A stretch of 64,000 nucleotides of DNA, taken from an uncultured Candidatus Saccharibacteria bacterium. Its GTDB lineage: Bacteria; Patescibacteriota; Minisyncoccia; UBA6257; Colwellbacteraceae. The notes beneath the pieces were generated by a model. The model searched no databases. It was not told the DNA's origin and saw nothing but the letters and a program-made list of their open reading frames with translations. Below are positions 45,541 to 54,604 of the stretch, piece by piece (the stretch's first letter is position 1; every line of letters begins with the position of its first letter). The position numbers were made by a program, and so were the translations under genes. The DNA is taken from assembly GCA_964643135.1 (NCBI GenBank), contig CAZXPC010000001.1, forward strand, positions 103,726 to 167,725, written 5' to 3'.

Positions 45541-45571
45541 AAAAAGAAAGACGATCCCCGGAGGAATCGTC
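45541..45571 (-). terminator. Rho-independent terminator immediately downstream of the tRNA-like gene (minus strand)
   Basis: GACGAUUCCUCCGGGGAUCGUC hairpin followed by UUUCUUUUUU on the minus strand. Confidence 0.6.
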
Positions 45572-45576
45572 GTGAA

Positions 45577-45650
45577 TGCGGGTGTCTGGATTTGAACCAA
45601 AGAGCTACTCACTGCTAGAGAGACGCTCTAACCAACTGAGCTACACCCGC
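45577..45650 (-). tRNA. tRNA-like gene with canonical acceptor, D and T arms but non-pairing anticodon stem (isotype undetermined; possible pseudo-tRNA or unusual tRNA)
   Basis: GCGGGTG / CACCCGC acceptor. D-arm GCTC-AGTTGGTTA-GAGC and T-arm TTTGG-TTCAAAT-CCAGA resemble tRNA-Ile/Ala. Anticodon arm TCTCT-CTAGCAG-TGAGT has U:U at both stem ends and would give anticodon AGC. No CCA encoded. Confidence 0.45.
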
Positions 45651-46136
45651 GTTATGTGATGGCTGGTTACCCGGCCATCGATGATTAGAGGGCCCGCGGA
45701 CGGAAACTGGATGGGGCGGCGAGGCCCGCGGTGCCCAGAAGGTACTCATCCCGACAGCTCTTGCGAACCACCAAGGAAGGTTTTTATAATAATCCCACCT
45801 TTATTCTGTGTCAACATCAAAAAAAGACAACTCCACGCCAGGAGTTGTATGAAATGTTGGCCTCGGCTGGTGTTACCCAATTATCGAAGAGAACGATGCG
45901 CGCGTGTTCTCTTAGTGTCGCTTTACCTTGCTACCGCTCCAGTTACCCGGATTGGGACAAAGCGAGGAACCTACATCCCAAGGACGGCCGCATACTGCTC
46001 TTTGCGAAAGAGTGGTCCCCACACAAGCTCTGGCGAGAACCGCGCGGTGATCCTTGGGGTATCCGATATTGACCGAGGCCGGAAGGAACGACTACTGACT
46101 TGCTTCTATTTTTAGTATATCATATCGGCACAAACC

Positions 46137-46766
46137 ATGGACATAATTAAGAAACTCAGTTGGCGTTACGCGGTGCAGAAATTTGATCCGACTAAAAAAG
46201 TCTCGGACAAAGATTTTGATGTCTTGATTGAAGCTCTGCGCCTCTCGCCTTCTTCATTCGGCCTACAGCCGTGGAAATTTGTGGTCGTGAAAGATCCGGC
46301 TATCCGGCAGAAACTTCATGAGGCCGCCTACAATCAGTCGAAGGTGATCGACGCTTCGCACTTTATTGTTCTCTGTTCCATGGAAAATATCACGCCCGAG
46401 CTGGCCGACCGATACGTTGAATCGGTCGCTAAGGCTCGCAATGTGTCTATGGAGTCTCTCGCCGCGCTCTTAAAGAGCCGCCGCGGGTTCATAGAAGGGT
46501 CAACTAAAGAAGAACTGTCTACATGGGCCTCAAACCAAGTTTTTATCGCCTTGGGAGTGCTTTTAACCACGGCAGCGGCCATGAATATCGATGCCGGACC
46601 AATGGGCGGCTTTGATGACGAAAAATTTGATGAAATATTGGGCTTGAAAGAACTTGGCCTAAAATCCCGCGTTGCTTGCGCCATCGGCTACCGCGCGGCC
46701 GACGATCATGCGGCCAACCACCCAAAAGCCCGCTTTGATAAGCCAGAAGTTGTAATCGAAATCTAA
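46137..46766 (+). CDS. Nitroreductase-family NAD(P)H flavin oxidoreductase
   Basis: KKLSWRYAVQKFDP...LRLSPSSFGLQPWKFVVV, nitroreductase fold signature. 209 aa. Confidence 0.75.
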   Translation: MDIIKKLSWRYAVQKFDPTKKVSDKDFDVLIEALRLSPSSFGLQPWKFVVVKDPAIRQKLHEAAYNQSKVIDASHFIVLCSMENITPELADRYVESVAKARNVSMESLAALLKSRRGFIEGSTKEELSTWASNQVFIALGVLLTTAAAMNIDAGPMGGFDDEKFDEILGLKELGLKSRVACAIGYRAADDHAANHPKARFDKPEVVIEI

Positions 46767-46816
46767 CTTCTTCTTTATCTTTTCTTCATCGAACATAAGT
46801 TACTCTTAATGTAACT

Positions 46817-47515
46817 ATGAAAAACGGTGCATACGATCAAAGTATTCGAGAAAGAGCCATTTTCCTAAGAAAGAACGGTTATACATATTCTGAAATTCTC
46901 CAGCGAATACCAATTGTTAAATCAACTCTATCTCTGTGGTTAAAAAATGTTGGCTTAAGTAAAAGCCAAAACCAAAGATTAACTAAAAAGAAACTTGAGG
47001 CGGCCAAACGCGGAGGATTAGCGCGTAGAAATCAACGCATAGAATTAACCAAGAGGATTCATCAAGAAGCACAAAAAGATATTGGAAAAATCACTCAGCG
47101 CGAATTATGGCTTATTGGAGTAATGCTCTATTGGGCCGAAGGGTCCAAAGAAAAAGAATACCGTCCTGGTTCTGGAGCAAACTTCACCAATTCCGATCCT
47201 AGAATGATTAAGATATTCTTAAAATGGCTGACTGAAATATGCATGATCGGGAAAGATCGAATATTTCTAGATATCTATATCCACATTGACAGGAGAAGTA
47301 AGTTAGAAAAAGTAATAGAATATTGGGCCGAAACCACAGGCTTCCCGAAAGATCACTTTACCAGAATCTATTTTAAAAAGGGCAACCGAAATACTAAAAG
47401 GAAGAATATCGGCAAAGTTTATTTCGGAGTTCTGAGAATCAATGTTAGAGCAAGTTCCTCATTAAATCGCAAAATTGCAGGCTGGACCGAGGGTGTGGTA
47501 AAGTATCTGTCGTAA
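46817..47515 (+). CDS. HTH-domain DNA-binding protein with possible LAGLIDADG-like endonuclease-type C-terminal domain (AT-rich island)
   Basis: N-terminal HTH (RERAIFLRKNGYTYSEILQRIPIVKSTLSLWLKNVG). LWLIGVMLYWAEGSKE resembles a degenerate LAGLIDADG block. About 35% GC versus about 50% surroundings. Stop codon abuts the tRNA-Gln 5' end. Confidence 0.3.
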   Translation: MKNGAYDQSIRERAIFLRKNGYTYSEILQRIPIVKSTLSLWLKNVGLSKSQNQRLTKKKLEAAKRGGLARRNQRIELTKRIHQEAQKDIGKITQRELWLIGVMLYWAEGSKEKEYRPGSGANFTNSDPRMIKIFLKWLTEICMIGKDRIFLDIYIHIDRRSKLEKVIEYWAETTGFPKDHFTRIYFKKGNRNTKRKNIGKVYFGVLRINVRASSSLNRKIAGWTEGVVKYLS

Positions 47516-47590
47516 TTGCGGGGTGGTGCAATGGTAGTCACGCCGGACTTTGAATCCGGAAATTCTGGTTCGAGCCCAGACCCCGCAGCC
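47516..47590 (+). tRNA. tRNA-Gln (anticodon UUG), CCA encoded
   Basis: U1:A72 acceptor (TGCGGGG / CCCCGCA), 3-bp D-stem, anticodon arm CCGGA-CTTTGAA-TCCGG, T-arm TCTGG-TTCGAGC-CCAGA, discriminator G, CCA. Confidence 0.85.
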
Positions 47591-47640
47591 AACACGTGCT
47601 AGCTCTTGTGTCAAGACGAGCTCGAGCGCACGAGATATCC

Positions 47641-48009
47641 TTAATATTTGATCCTGTCCGCTTTTTCAGCGGAACAGATAGCTAATATCTTAACTTTGGA
47701 TCTGGTTTTGTTTTCGATAAAGTATTTCTTTTTGCCATTTGGCTTGAACCCAATAAAATCGCCTTGTTTAAGTTGTTTCGATTTGTCCCCGATGTGAATA
47801 ATTGGTTTGCCAGACAAGACTAAAAACATTTCCTCAATCTTTGAATGATAATGTGGTGAGGCATTCCGTCTACCCGGTGGAATTATCTCTTGATGTACAA
47901 ATAACTTTTTAAAGCCTAGAAGGGCGGTTAAGATTCCTGACTTCGAAAATTGCTCTTTCTTATTAGAAAGCTCAATATGTTTTAGATTATATAGACTTAA
48001 GATTCTCAT
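47641..48009 (-). CDS. Cupin-domain protein
   Basis: PHYHSKIEEMFLVLSG cupin motif 1, downstream His-containing motif 2. 122 aa, AT-rich island. Confidence 0.55.
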   Translation of the reverse strand: MRILSLYNLKHIELSNKKEQFSKSGILTALLGFKKLFVHQEIIPPGRRNASPHYHSKIEEMFLVLSGKPIIHIGDKSKQLKQGDFIGFKPNGKKKYFIENKTRSKVKILAICSAEKADRIKY

Positions 48010-48368
48010 TACTCCATAGTCTTCCTAATCCTCTTGGGGATCATCACTACCCCTGGATTTAGATCTATACGAGACTTAGATCCTCGCTCACCGCGATCTT
48101 CAAGACATTCGTTCCAAAATTCTTGATGCTTGATATCAACTTCGTGCTTGGAATCTTTGCTATTAGTTCCGCCTTCCCCGCGAATATCAAACCAATATAA
48201 ATATTCGTCTTCGCCGTCAAACTCGCGGAAGATACATTCTACATACATTTTCTCTTCGTCGAGGATCGGGATCTGCTTTTCCATTGTATCGTTAATAAAC
48301 TTAAGCCATTCAGTGACTCGATCAGACTTCCCCTTCTTAACTTTTACGCGTGTAAGTTCGATTTTCAT
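48009..48368 (-). CDS. Hypothetical protein (AT-rich island)
   Basis: 119 aa, no confident domain. Confidence 0.3.
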   Translation of the reverse strand: MKIELTRVKVKKGKSDRVTEWLKFINDTMEKQIPILDEEKMYVECIFREFDGEDEYLYWFDIRGEGGTNSKDSKHEVDIKHQEFWNECLEDRGERGSKSRIDLNPGVVMIPKRIRKTME

Positions 48369-48369
48369 A

Positions 48370-49287
48370 TTAATTTAATTTTAATAACTCTCTTATGATC
48401 TCTTTTCTAAGCCAGTGATGATCTGTTGTGCCGACATTATCTACGAATTTAGCTTTGATAGATCTGGTCAGAACCTCTTTAACTCTATCATTTTCTGCAT
48501 AGATATAATTTATGTTTTCTTTGCGGCTGGATAGATTCATAAACCAATACGGAGTATCAAAACCGTTAAAAGAAGCCTTGATCTCTGCTAAAGATTTATT
48601 CAGAAATTCCGGAATGTCCCACAATTCTAATTGACCTATGACCACTGGCTTATCAAACCCTGGCAAATTTTGAACTTTGATATCATTTCGGATTGCTTCT
48701 TCTATGTTTTGGCTAATTTCTTTTTCTCGGTCGCTGTAGTAGATTTCAGCCCAGTTTTTGGGAACGCTGATGTGTTTTGATAACTCTTTGAAAGCATTCT
48801 CATCTCTTTCGTTAGCGAGCTTGGCATTAAAATTCAATGTATTCTGGATGATTGCCGTATAGAGCAGATTAGCGCTCACTTTTGAAATTTTATTAGCAAA
48901 GCCTCTTTTTCTAAATTCTTCCCAAATCTGGGTAGCACAGGCTCCAACTGGCTCAATTTTTGATCGGTCCCCTATTTTATTCCTCCAATATTCTTCAAAA
49001 CCGAAATGATGATCATAAACTTCAATTATCTTTTCTTGGGTAGCTGCTTTTGCAATATGATCTGGATCAGAAATATCGACGATTACAAATTGATTATCTT
49101 TGCTATCTATCTTCTTTGTAAAATCTAGCCCCCAACCCTTTATAACTTCGGTAATGGTATTATTGAGCACTCCTGGTATATAAGCGTTAGCACTACGACC
49201 TTCTAAGCTCAGAAGTTCGGCATAGGCAATAGCGCAGGCTAAGGCATCGATATCCACATATTTTTCACCGGATGTAACTAGAATCAT
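48370..49287 (-). CDS. DHH-family phosphoesterase (DHH + DHHA2-like; family II pyrophosphatase / phosphodiesterase-like)
   Basis: Start at MILVTSGEKYVDIDALACAIAYAELL (DxD motif), EVYDHHFG (DHH). Second DHH protein in the window. Confidence 0.55.
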   Translation of the reverse strand: MILVTSGEKYVDIDALACAIAYAELLSLEGRSANAYIPGVLNNTITEVIKGWGLDFTKKIDSKDNQFVIVDISDPDHIAKAATQEKIIEVYDHHFGFEEYWRNKIGDRSKIEPVGACATQIWEEFRKRGFANKISKVSANLLYTAIIQNTLNFNAKLANERDENAFKELSKHISVPKNWAEIYYSDREKEISQNIEEAIRNDIKVQNLPGFDKPVVIGQLELWDIPEFLNKSLAEIKASFNGFDTPYWFMNLSSRKENINYIYAENDRVKEVLTRSIKAKFVDNVGTTDHHWLRKEIIRELLKLN

Positions 49288-49306
49288 ATTAGTTAATTTT
49301 TCTATC

Positions 49307-50554
49307 TCAATTGCCGATCTTTCTAAAAGCGTTTTTGATGGCTCCGCCGAATAGTTCCCGTAAATAATCACCTGCCTTCTTCCATAACTGTTTCAGACTC
49401 AGGGTTCTTTTGGGGTTATAAAGATCTGCCCACGGGTTTGCTTTGCCGACCACAAGATCGTTAATCAAAAGGCCGGAGATTATCGCGTAGGTCATGCCGT
49501 TTCCGGAAAAGGCTGTCGCGAGATATAAATTCGGTTTTACTTCGCCGATGAAAGGCAGGCCATCGACAGATTCTATAATTGGACCCGACCATTGCCTGGC
49601 TATCTTATAATCGTTTAGGTTAAAAGTTGAGCGGAAGCTCTCTTTAAGCGCCGAGAAATTCTTTGCGGGGTTAATCTTGATATCTCTTCGGTGGTCTTCT
49701 CCGCCGAATAGCACCCTATCAGTCTCTCTATCCGCAATCTGATCGACTCGGAAATAATGGTACGGGCTCTGCAAATCGATATAGCTTCCCTCTTTTAGTA
49801 ATCCTTGCGGAATTTCCGCCTCCAACACGTAGCTCTTATACAGCGCTTTTTTCATAAAGACTGTCCGAGGATTGGTAAACGGCTGATGAGTCGTGATAAT
49901 AACTTTCCCGGCGGTTATCTTGCCGCCCTTAAACGCAACATCGTACAGGCCATTTTCCTCTTTAATTTCTAAGGCTTCGGTTTTTTCAAAAATCATTCCG
50001 CCGGATTTTGTAAAACGCTTGGCCAATTCAGTTATGAATTTAAGCGGGTGAAACTTGGCTTGATTATCGATCTTTAGATAGCCAGAAGTTTTGATGCCTA
50101 GATCAGGATTTTTCGAAAATTCGGCCGCGCCTTGCAATTGATCAATAGCTTCTTTCTCTTTTTCCAGAAATCTCATGTCGCGTTCCGAGTTCGCATATAA
50201 GTAAAGCGGGCACCTCATAAAGTCGCAGGCGATCTTCTCAGCGGCTTGAATACTTTGAATCTGGTCTATCGCCGCTCCGCCCGATTCCCAAATCTGCCGG
50301 GTTTTCTCGAGTCCGCAAACCTTTATTAGTACGGCCGCGGCGGTGTCGATATATTGAGTTATGATGGCAGTCGTGTGATATGTCGCGCCGCTGCCGATTT
50401 TTTGAGCCTCAACAACTGCGACCCGTTTCCCGGATTTGTTTAAAAGATAAGCTGACCATATTCCGGCCAATCCCCCGCCGATAACAAGGACGTCAACTTT
50501 CAGGTCGGAAACGAGTTCCGGGTAATCAGACTGGTTAATACTCCATGTTGTCTC
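49307..50554 (-). CDS. FAD-dependent oxidoreductase (DAO/glycine-oxidase-like)
   Basis: VDVLVIGGGLAGIWSAYLL Rossmann dinucleotide motif and C-terminal DAO-family region. Start set at METTWS downstream of the upstream gene's stop. Confidence 0.65.
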   Translation of the reverse strand, partial: ETTWSINQSDYPELVSDLKVDVLVIGGGLAGIWSAYLLNKSGKRVAVVEAQKIGSGATYHTTAIITQYIDTAAAVLIKVCGLEKTRQIWESGGAAIDQIQSIQAAEKIACDFMRCPLYLYANSERDMRFLEKEKEAIDQLQGAAEFSKNPDLGIKTSGYLKIDNQAKFHPLKFITELAKRFTKSGGMIFEKTEALEIKEENGLYDVAFKGGKITAGKVIITTHQPFTNPRTVFMKKALYKSYVLEAEIPQGLLKEGSYIDLQSPYHYFRVDQIADRETDRVLFGGEDHRRDIKINPAKNFSALKESFRSTFNLNDYKIARQWSGPIIESVDGLPFIGEVKPNLYLATAFSGNGMTYAIISGLLINDLVVGKANPWADLYNPKRTLSLKQLWKKAGDYLRELFGGAIKNAFRKIGN

Positions 50555-50573
50555 CATGGTTAATATTATAGCA

Positions 50574-52067
50574 TCAGCCGCCCCTCTGTTCCGGCTGGCC
50601 TCCGCGTATTTTGTGGTATTGGTCTTTATATTTTTCGATGGTCGCTTCAACTTCGTTGTGGGGAATCTCGACTCTCAGAAGGTCGATGGAATTTATGGTG
50701 TCGTAGATGTCTAACTTGTGTTCGAGCTTGAAAATCGCGTCACGCCAAAGAATTGCCTTTTCGTACTCGCCTTTGCCGGCCGCTTCTTTCTGAAGCCGAG
50801 TCATCATATCTATAAAAGCATGATAAACGCCTTCCTCAGCCCCGCCGCGGCTGACCGTCCGGTCCTTGAAAGGAATCCTCAGAATGGATCGCTGCTCTTT
50901 CATCATCTCGCGGATCTTGCCGGTCCTTTGCCAATTGAAAGCGGTCGAGATTATTTTTTCATAATAAGAACTCGCTTTCTTAAGTTTTTCTTCCGAAACT
51001 CCGGGAATCATGCGTATGGTTTGCAAAAGCTTGAACGCTCCCGCTTCGATCATCTCGACGCTCCACCAGGGCTTGGCGGAAGCCCACCAAAAGTGATCAG
51101 AAGCCAGGCCGAGGTCCATTTCATGGCGAACTAATTTATAAGTCGGTCCGCTTTTATCCATGGCGTAAACTTCGTTTAAAACCAGAGTCAGCAGCTCCCA
51201 TTGCCATTTATGGATGGCGTTTTCCGGGTCAGACCAGGAGAGAAACTGAATATTTTGATCGATATCTTCCTTGCTCGAGGCCCAAGTCGAACGAACCGGC
51301 GAGACCTCTTCGACCTCTTTGAAATATTTAGGCAGATCGGAAACTTGCGCCATATTAAAGTCATCGGAGCGCAAAATATCCAAAAGCATCTTTTCCAAAC
51401 CGGGGCGGTGGTGGCCGAAAGTTTCGCCGTCCATGGCCGTAAAAACATAACGGCTGCTTTTTAGGTCGTCCTTCATGGCTTCAAAAAGGGTTTCTTTTGA
51501 TCGGACAACCGCACTCATAATAAGGTTGCTAAGCCGTCGCTCGCGGAAGAAAACCAAGAGCTTGGAATTCTTAATGCGATAAAGTTTTGAATAGTCGACT
51601 GAGCCGGGCGCGCCGCCTTTGGCGATCTCGTCCAAGATTACCCACTCGAATCCGAGAGACTCGAGAGCGGGAGCCAGGTTTTCGCTGTAAGCCATCTCGG
51701 GCGGAAAAAACCCCTTAGGCTTGTAGGCCTTGCCCAGAAAGAATTTGTTGGTCTCGTCGTTGATTTTGATCTGGCGGATAATTTCGTCAGCGCTTAGAAA
51801 AGGCAAAAAAGCATGATATTTAGCCGAACTGGTAAATTCCGCACGACCGCTCGCGCCGAGCTCGCGAAGAGAATCAAGAATGTCCTTATAGCCATACTTG
51901 TCGAAAAGTTCGAGCAGGGCGCCGCTGAAATTGAGGGTCAGGCGCAGCTTGGGATTATTTTTAAAGCCTTCGAGAAGCGGCCGATAGCTTTGGTTCGCGA
52001 TCGCCTCCAAGATATCGGGCTGCTGTGCCGCGGGCTGATAGATGTGGAGAAAATTAGCCCAATACAT
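50574..52067 (-). CDS. Glycoside hydrolase family 57 alpha-glucan enzyme (branching-enzyme-like)
   Basis: N-terminal ANFLHIYQP (GH57 HxHQP), FTAMDGETFGHH catalytic region. Adjacent to glgA. Confidence 0.65.
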   Translation of the reverse strand: MYWANFLHIYQPAAQQPDILEAIANQSYRPLLEGFKNNPKLRLTLNFSGALLELFDKYGYKDILDSLRELGASGRAEFTSSAKYHAFLPFLSADEIIRQIKINDETNKFFLGKAYKPKGFFPPEMAYSENLAPALESLGFEWVILDEIAKGGAPGSVDYSKLYRIKNSKLLVFFRERRLSNLIMSAVVRSKETLFEAMKDDLKSSRYVFTAMDGETFGHHRPGLEKMLLDILRSDDFNMAQVSDLPKYFKEVEEVSPVRSTWASSKEDIDQNIQFLSWSDPENAIHKWQWELLTLVLNEVYAMDKSGPTYKLVRHEMDLGLASDHFWWASAKPWWSVEMIEAGAFKLLQTIRMIPGVSEEKLKKASSYYEKIISTAFNWQRTGKIREMMKEQRSILRIPFKDRTVSRGGAEEGVYHAFIDMMTRLQKEAAGKGEYEKAILWRDAIFKLEHKLDIYDTINSIDLLRVEIPHNEVEATIEKYKDQYHKIRGGQPEQRGG

Positions 52068-52072
52068 AGAAT

Positions 52073-53587
52073 TTAAGAAAGGCTTTTAGGGATACTGTGC
52101 GCTCCGATGGCTTTCTCGATAAGTTTTTCGTATTTATGAGCCGAGGCGTCCCATGAAAAATCAACCGCCATGGCCCTTCTCTGCAGAGCCCTCCAGGGTA
52201 TCTTATATTTATAGGCTTCTACGGCTCGGATCATAGTGCCAAAAAGTGCATATTGGTCGAATTTCTCGAAAACAAAACCGGTGCCGGCGTTATGCTCCGG
52301 ATCGTAGTCAATGACGCTTTCGGCCAGCCCGCCGGTCGCGCGGACGATCGGAATGGCGCCATAACGCATGGCCTCCATCTGGACTAGGCCGCACGGCTCG
52401 AATTTGGAAGGAATCAGCACAGCGTCGCAGCCGGCCAGAATAAGATGTGAGAATGCCTCCTCATAGTTAAAATGGGCCACCACATTTTTCGGATATTTTT
52501 GCTGCAAACTTTTAAAGAAATCCATATATTTCGAATCGCCGGCGCCGAGAACAATAAGCTGGGCATTAAAATTCCTGAAAAACGCGTCGGCCGAATCCAT
52601 CATCAGGTCAAAGCCTTTCTGGTCGGTTAAGCGCGAAACTATTCCGAATAGGAAAGTTTTCTCATCTTTGGGCAGATTTACTTTGTCTTGAATAAAAAGC
52701 TTGTTTTGAATGCGTAGATCGAGCGAGTTTGCTCCGAATTTAACTTCAAGAAAAGGATCGGTCTCGGAATTCCGGGTGGTATAATCTATGCCGTTCAAGA
52801 TTCCGAAGAGCCGGCTCCGGCGTTCGCGGAGTAAGTCGTCTAAGAGCTCGCCGTACTCGGGCGTGGTGATTTCTTTAGCGTAATTTTCGGAAACCGTATT
52901 GATGGCGTCGGCATACATTATGCCCCGGCGCATGAAATTGGTCTTGAGAAGTTTCGGGTCGCTCACATCCGGCACCGCGCCCTGGCCTGAATCGTAGTCC
53001 ATCTCTGAAACAAATCTGTGGTTGAACATGCCTTGGAAATAGAGATTATGGATGGAAAAAACAATCGGAATCCGGCTAAGAACCGGATCGTCTTTATAGT
53101 TGGTGTGTATATAGTTCGGAATAAGCCCGGTCTGCCAATCGGAAGCGACGATGACGTCCGGCGTCCAGTCGGAATATTTTCTCAAAAATTCCAGAACCCC
53201 CCGCGACAAGAGCGCCCACCTAACGGGATCATCCGTGTAGCCGTAAATATTGCTTCTTTTTTCGTAATATTCTTGATTCTCGAGAAAATACGTCGTGACC
53301 GGCGAATCATCGGTCCTAAGGCTGCGGAACATTTTAACATTACAGACCAGCGCCTCCTTAGCGCCGCTCGGCACCTCTAAGCCTCCCAGAACCGTTTCCA
53401 TCGGAAATTTTTGGGCATCAATGCCGATATATTTCGGGATCATCACCCGCGCATCATGTCCAAGCCGGGCAAGCGCGCGCGGCAAAGAGTACATGACTTC
53501 GCCTAATCCGCCCGCCTTCGCGAACGGCGCGGCTTCGGAGGCGACAAAAAGTATCTTAAGCGGCTTCTTTTTGGCGAAAAACTTCAT
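52073..53587 (-). CDS. glgA: Glycogen/starch synthase (GT5)
   Basis: KILFVASEAAPFAKAGGLGEV (K-x-GGL signature), C-terminal GT-B domain. Confidence 0.8.
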   Translation of the reverse strand: MKFFAKKKPLKILFVASEAAPFAKAGGLGEVMYSLPRALARLGHDARVMIPKYIGIDAQKFPMETVLGGLEVPSGAKEALVCNVKMFRSLRTDDSPVTTYFLENQEYYEKRSNIYGYTDDPVRWALLSRGVLEFLRKYSDWTPDVIVASDWQTGLIPNYIHTNYKDDPVLSRIPIVFSIHNLYFQGMFNHRFVSEMDYDSGQGAVPDVSDPKLLKTNFMRRGIMYADAINTVSENYAKEITTPEYGELLDDLLRERRSRLFGILNGIDYTTRNSETDPFLEVKFGANSLDLRIQNKLFIQDKVNLPKDEKTFLFGIVSRLTDQKGFDLMMDSADAFFRNFNAQLIVLGAGDSKYMDFFKSLQQKYPKNVVAHFNYEEAFSHLILAGCDAVLIPSKFEPCGLVQMEAMRYGAIPIVRATGGLAESVIDYDPEHNAGTGFVFEKFDQYALFGTMIRAVEAYKYKIPWRALQRRAMAVDFSWDASAHKYEKLIEKAIGAHSIPKSLS

Positions 53588-53602
53588 TTGGCTTTTTGTT
53601 TT

Positions 53603-53959
53603 CTAGCCTAGAGCCTTTTTGACTTCGCTCAAGACTTGGCTGGGATCAAACGGTTTATTAACAAAGCCTAAGGCGCCATATTGATTAGCCTCTGCAATCA
53701 TGCTCTCCTGGCCAATCGCGCTGATTACAAGAACCTTGGCGGTTGTGCCGATCTTTTTCAGAACTTCGAAGCCATCCATCTCGGGCATAATCAAATCTAG
53801 CAGAACCAAGTCCGGCTTTTCGGCTTCGTATTGGGCGACCGCCTCTTTGCCGTTCGTGGCCTCGATAATATTGGTATAGCCGGCGGTAGCCAAAATATCT
53901 TTCAGGATCTTTCTCATAAACATCGAGTCGTCTGAGATCAAAATTTTTGGATTAGTCAT
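53603..53959 (-). CDS. cheY: Chemotaxis response regulator CheY (single REC domain)
   Basis: 118 aa receiver. DD...D phosphoacceptor (LVLLDLIMPEMDG), K near the C-terminus (FVNKPF). Confidence 0.8.
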   Translation of the reverse strand: MTNPKILISDDSMFMRKILKDILATAGYTNIIEATNGKEAVAQYEAEKPDLVLLDLIMPEMDGFEVLKKIGTTAKVLVISAIGQESMIAEANQYGALGFVNKPFDPSQVLSEVKKALG

Positions 53960-53987
53960 AATATTGGTTAATTTATTTTTAATAACT

Positions 53988-54575
53988 TTATTTTAATAGG
54001 TTGGCCAGTTCTTCATTGAAGATCAAATAAACATTAACTCCCAGTTTGTGGTCGCCTAGAACCAGCGCCGTATCGAAAAAGACAACGACATCGCCGGCAC
54101 CGGCGCCTTTCTGCAAAATCGGGTTGATCATATCCCTCATGCGCGCTGAGGTGGCCATATTGGGAACGCTCGAAACCAAGATCATCTGCAAATTTTTGGC
54201 CAGGACGGTCATATAAACATTAGCTAAGATGTTCAATGTTTCTTTAATAGCCGACCGATCCATATCTTTTAATATTCCGGTAGTGCCGAGCGGCTGCTGA
54301 TTCAAAATATCGACCAAAGCCAGCGCATTTTCACGCGACATAATGAGCATGCCGACACCGTCGGCTGTGCCGGAAATAATTTGAGTGTAAACTACGACGG
54401 CCTCCTGTTCGAGCGGCTCTAGAATCTCAAAAATCTTGTTTAGAGGTATCAAATCCGAAGACGCCTCTTTCAGGCTGACCGGCTGACCCGCCAACTTAGT
54501 AAAGGCTTTCGCCACATTCTCCGATGCTTCGTGGGAAATCTTATCCAACGTCTCCCTTTTAATATCGATGGCCAT
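53988..54575 (-). CDS. CheC/CheX-family chemotaxis phosphatase
   Basis: 195 aa. CheC-like repeats (EASENVAKAF; DRSAIKETLNILANV). Lies between cheW and cheY. Confidence 0.5.
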   Translation of the reverse strand: MAIDIKRETLDKISHEASENVAKAFTKLAGQPVSLKEASSDLIPLNKIFEILEPLEQEAVVVYTQIISGTADGVGMLIMSRENALALVDILNQQPLGTTGILKDMDRSAIKETLNILANVYMTVLAKNLQMILVSSVPNMATSARMRDMINPILQKGAGAGDVVVFFDTALVLGDHKLGVNVYLIFNEELANLLK

Positions 54576-54604
54576 AGCTATTATTATAGTATACTTTTCG
54601 AAAA

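Noticed and set aside
45915-45960. Group II intron domain V-like sequence (minus strand GAGCAGTATGCGG...)
   Set aside because: The 5' half matches the DV consensus but the 3' half is not complementary. No reverse transcriptase / maturase ORF and no other intron domains.
46071-46100. SRP RNA (ffs) domain IV-like motif GAGGCCGGAAGGAACGAC
   Set aside because: Resembles the GGUCCGGAAGGAAGCAGC helix-8 region, but flanking strands do not form the required symmetric / asymmetric loop pairing. Left unresolved rather than annotated.
45681-46115. Two overlapping + ORFs (144 aa and 113 aa) in the GC-rich segment
   Set aside because: Translations are Arg/Pro/Cys-rich junk without domain resemblance. 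Open frames are expected from elevated GC. Region is treated as non-coding (see finding).
45651-46136. tmRNA (ssrA) hypothesis for the GC-rich segment plus tRNA-like element
   Set aside because: No tag-peptide reading frame ending in a hydrophobic AA-stop and no pseudoknot-rich layout. The adjacent tRNA-like gene forms its own acceptor stem locally, rather than with a distant 5' end as in tmRNA.
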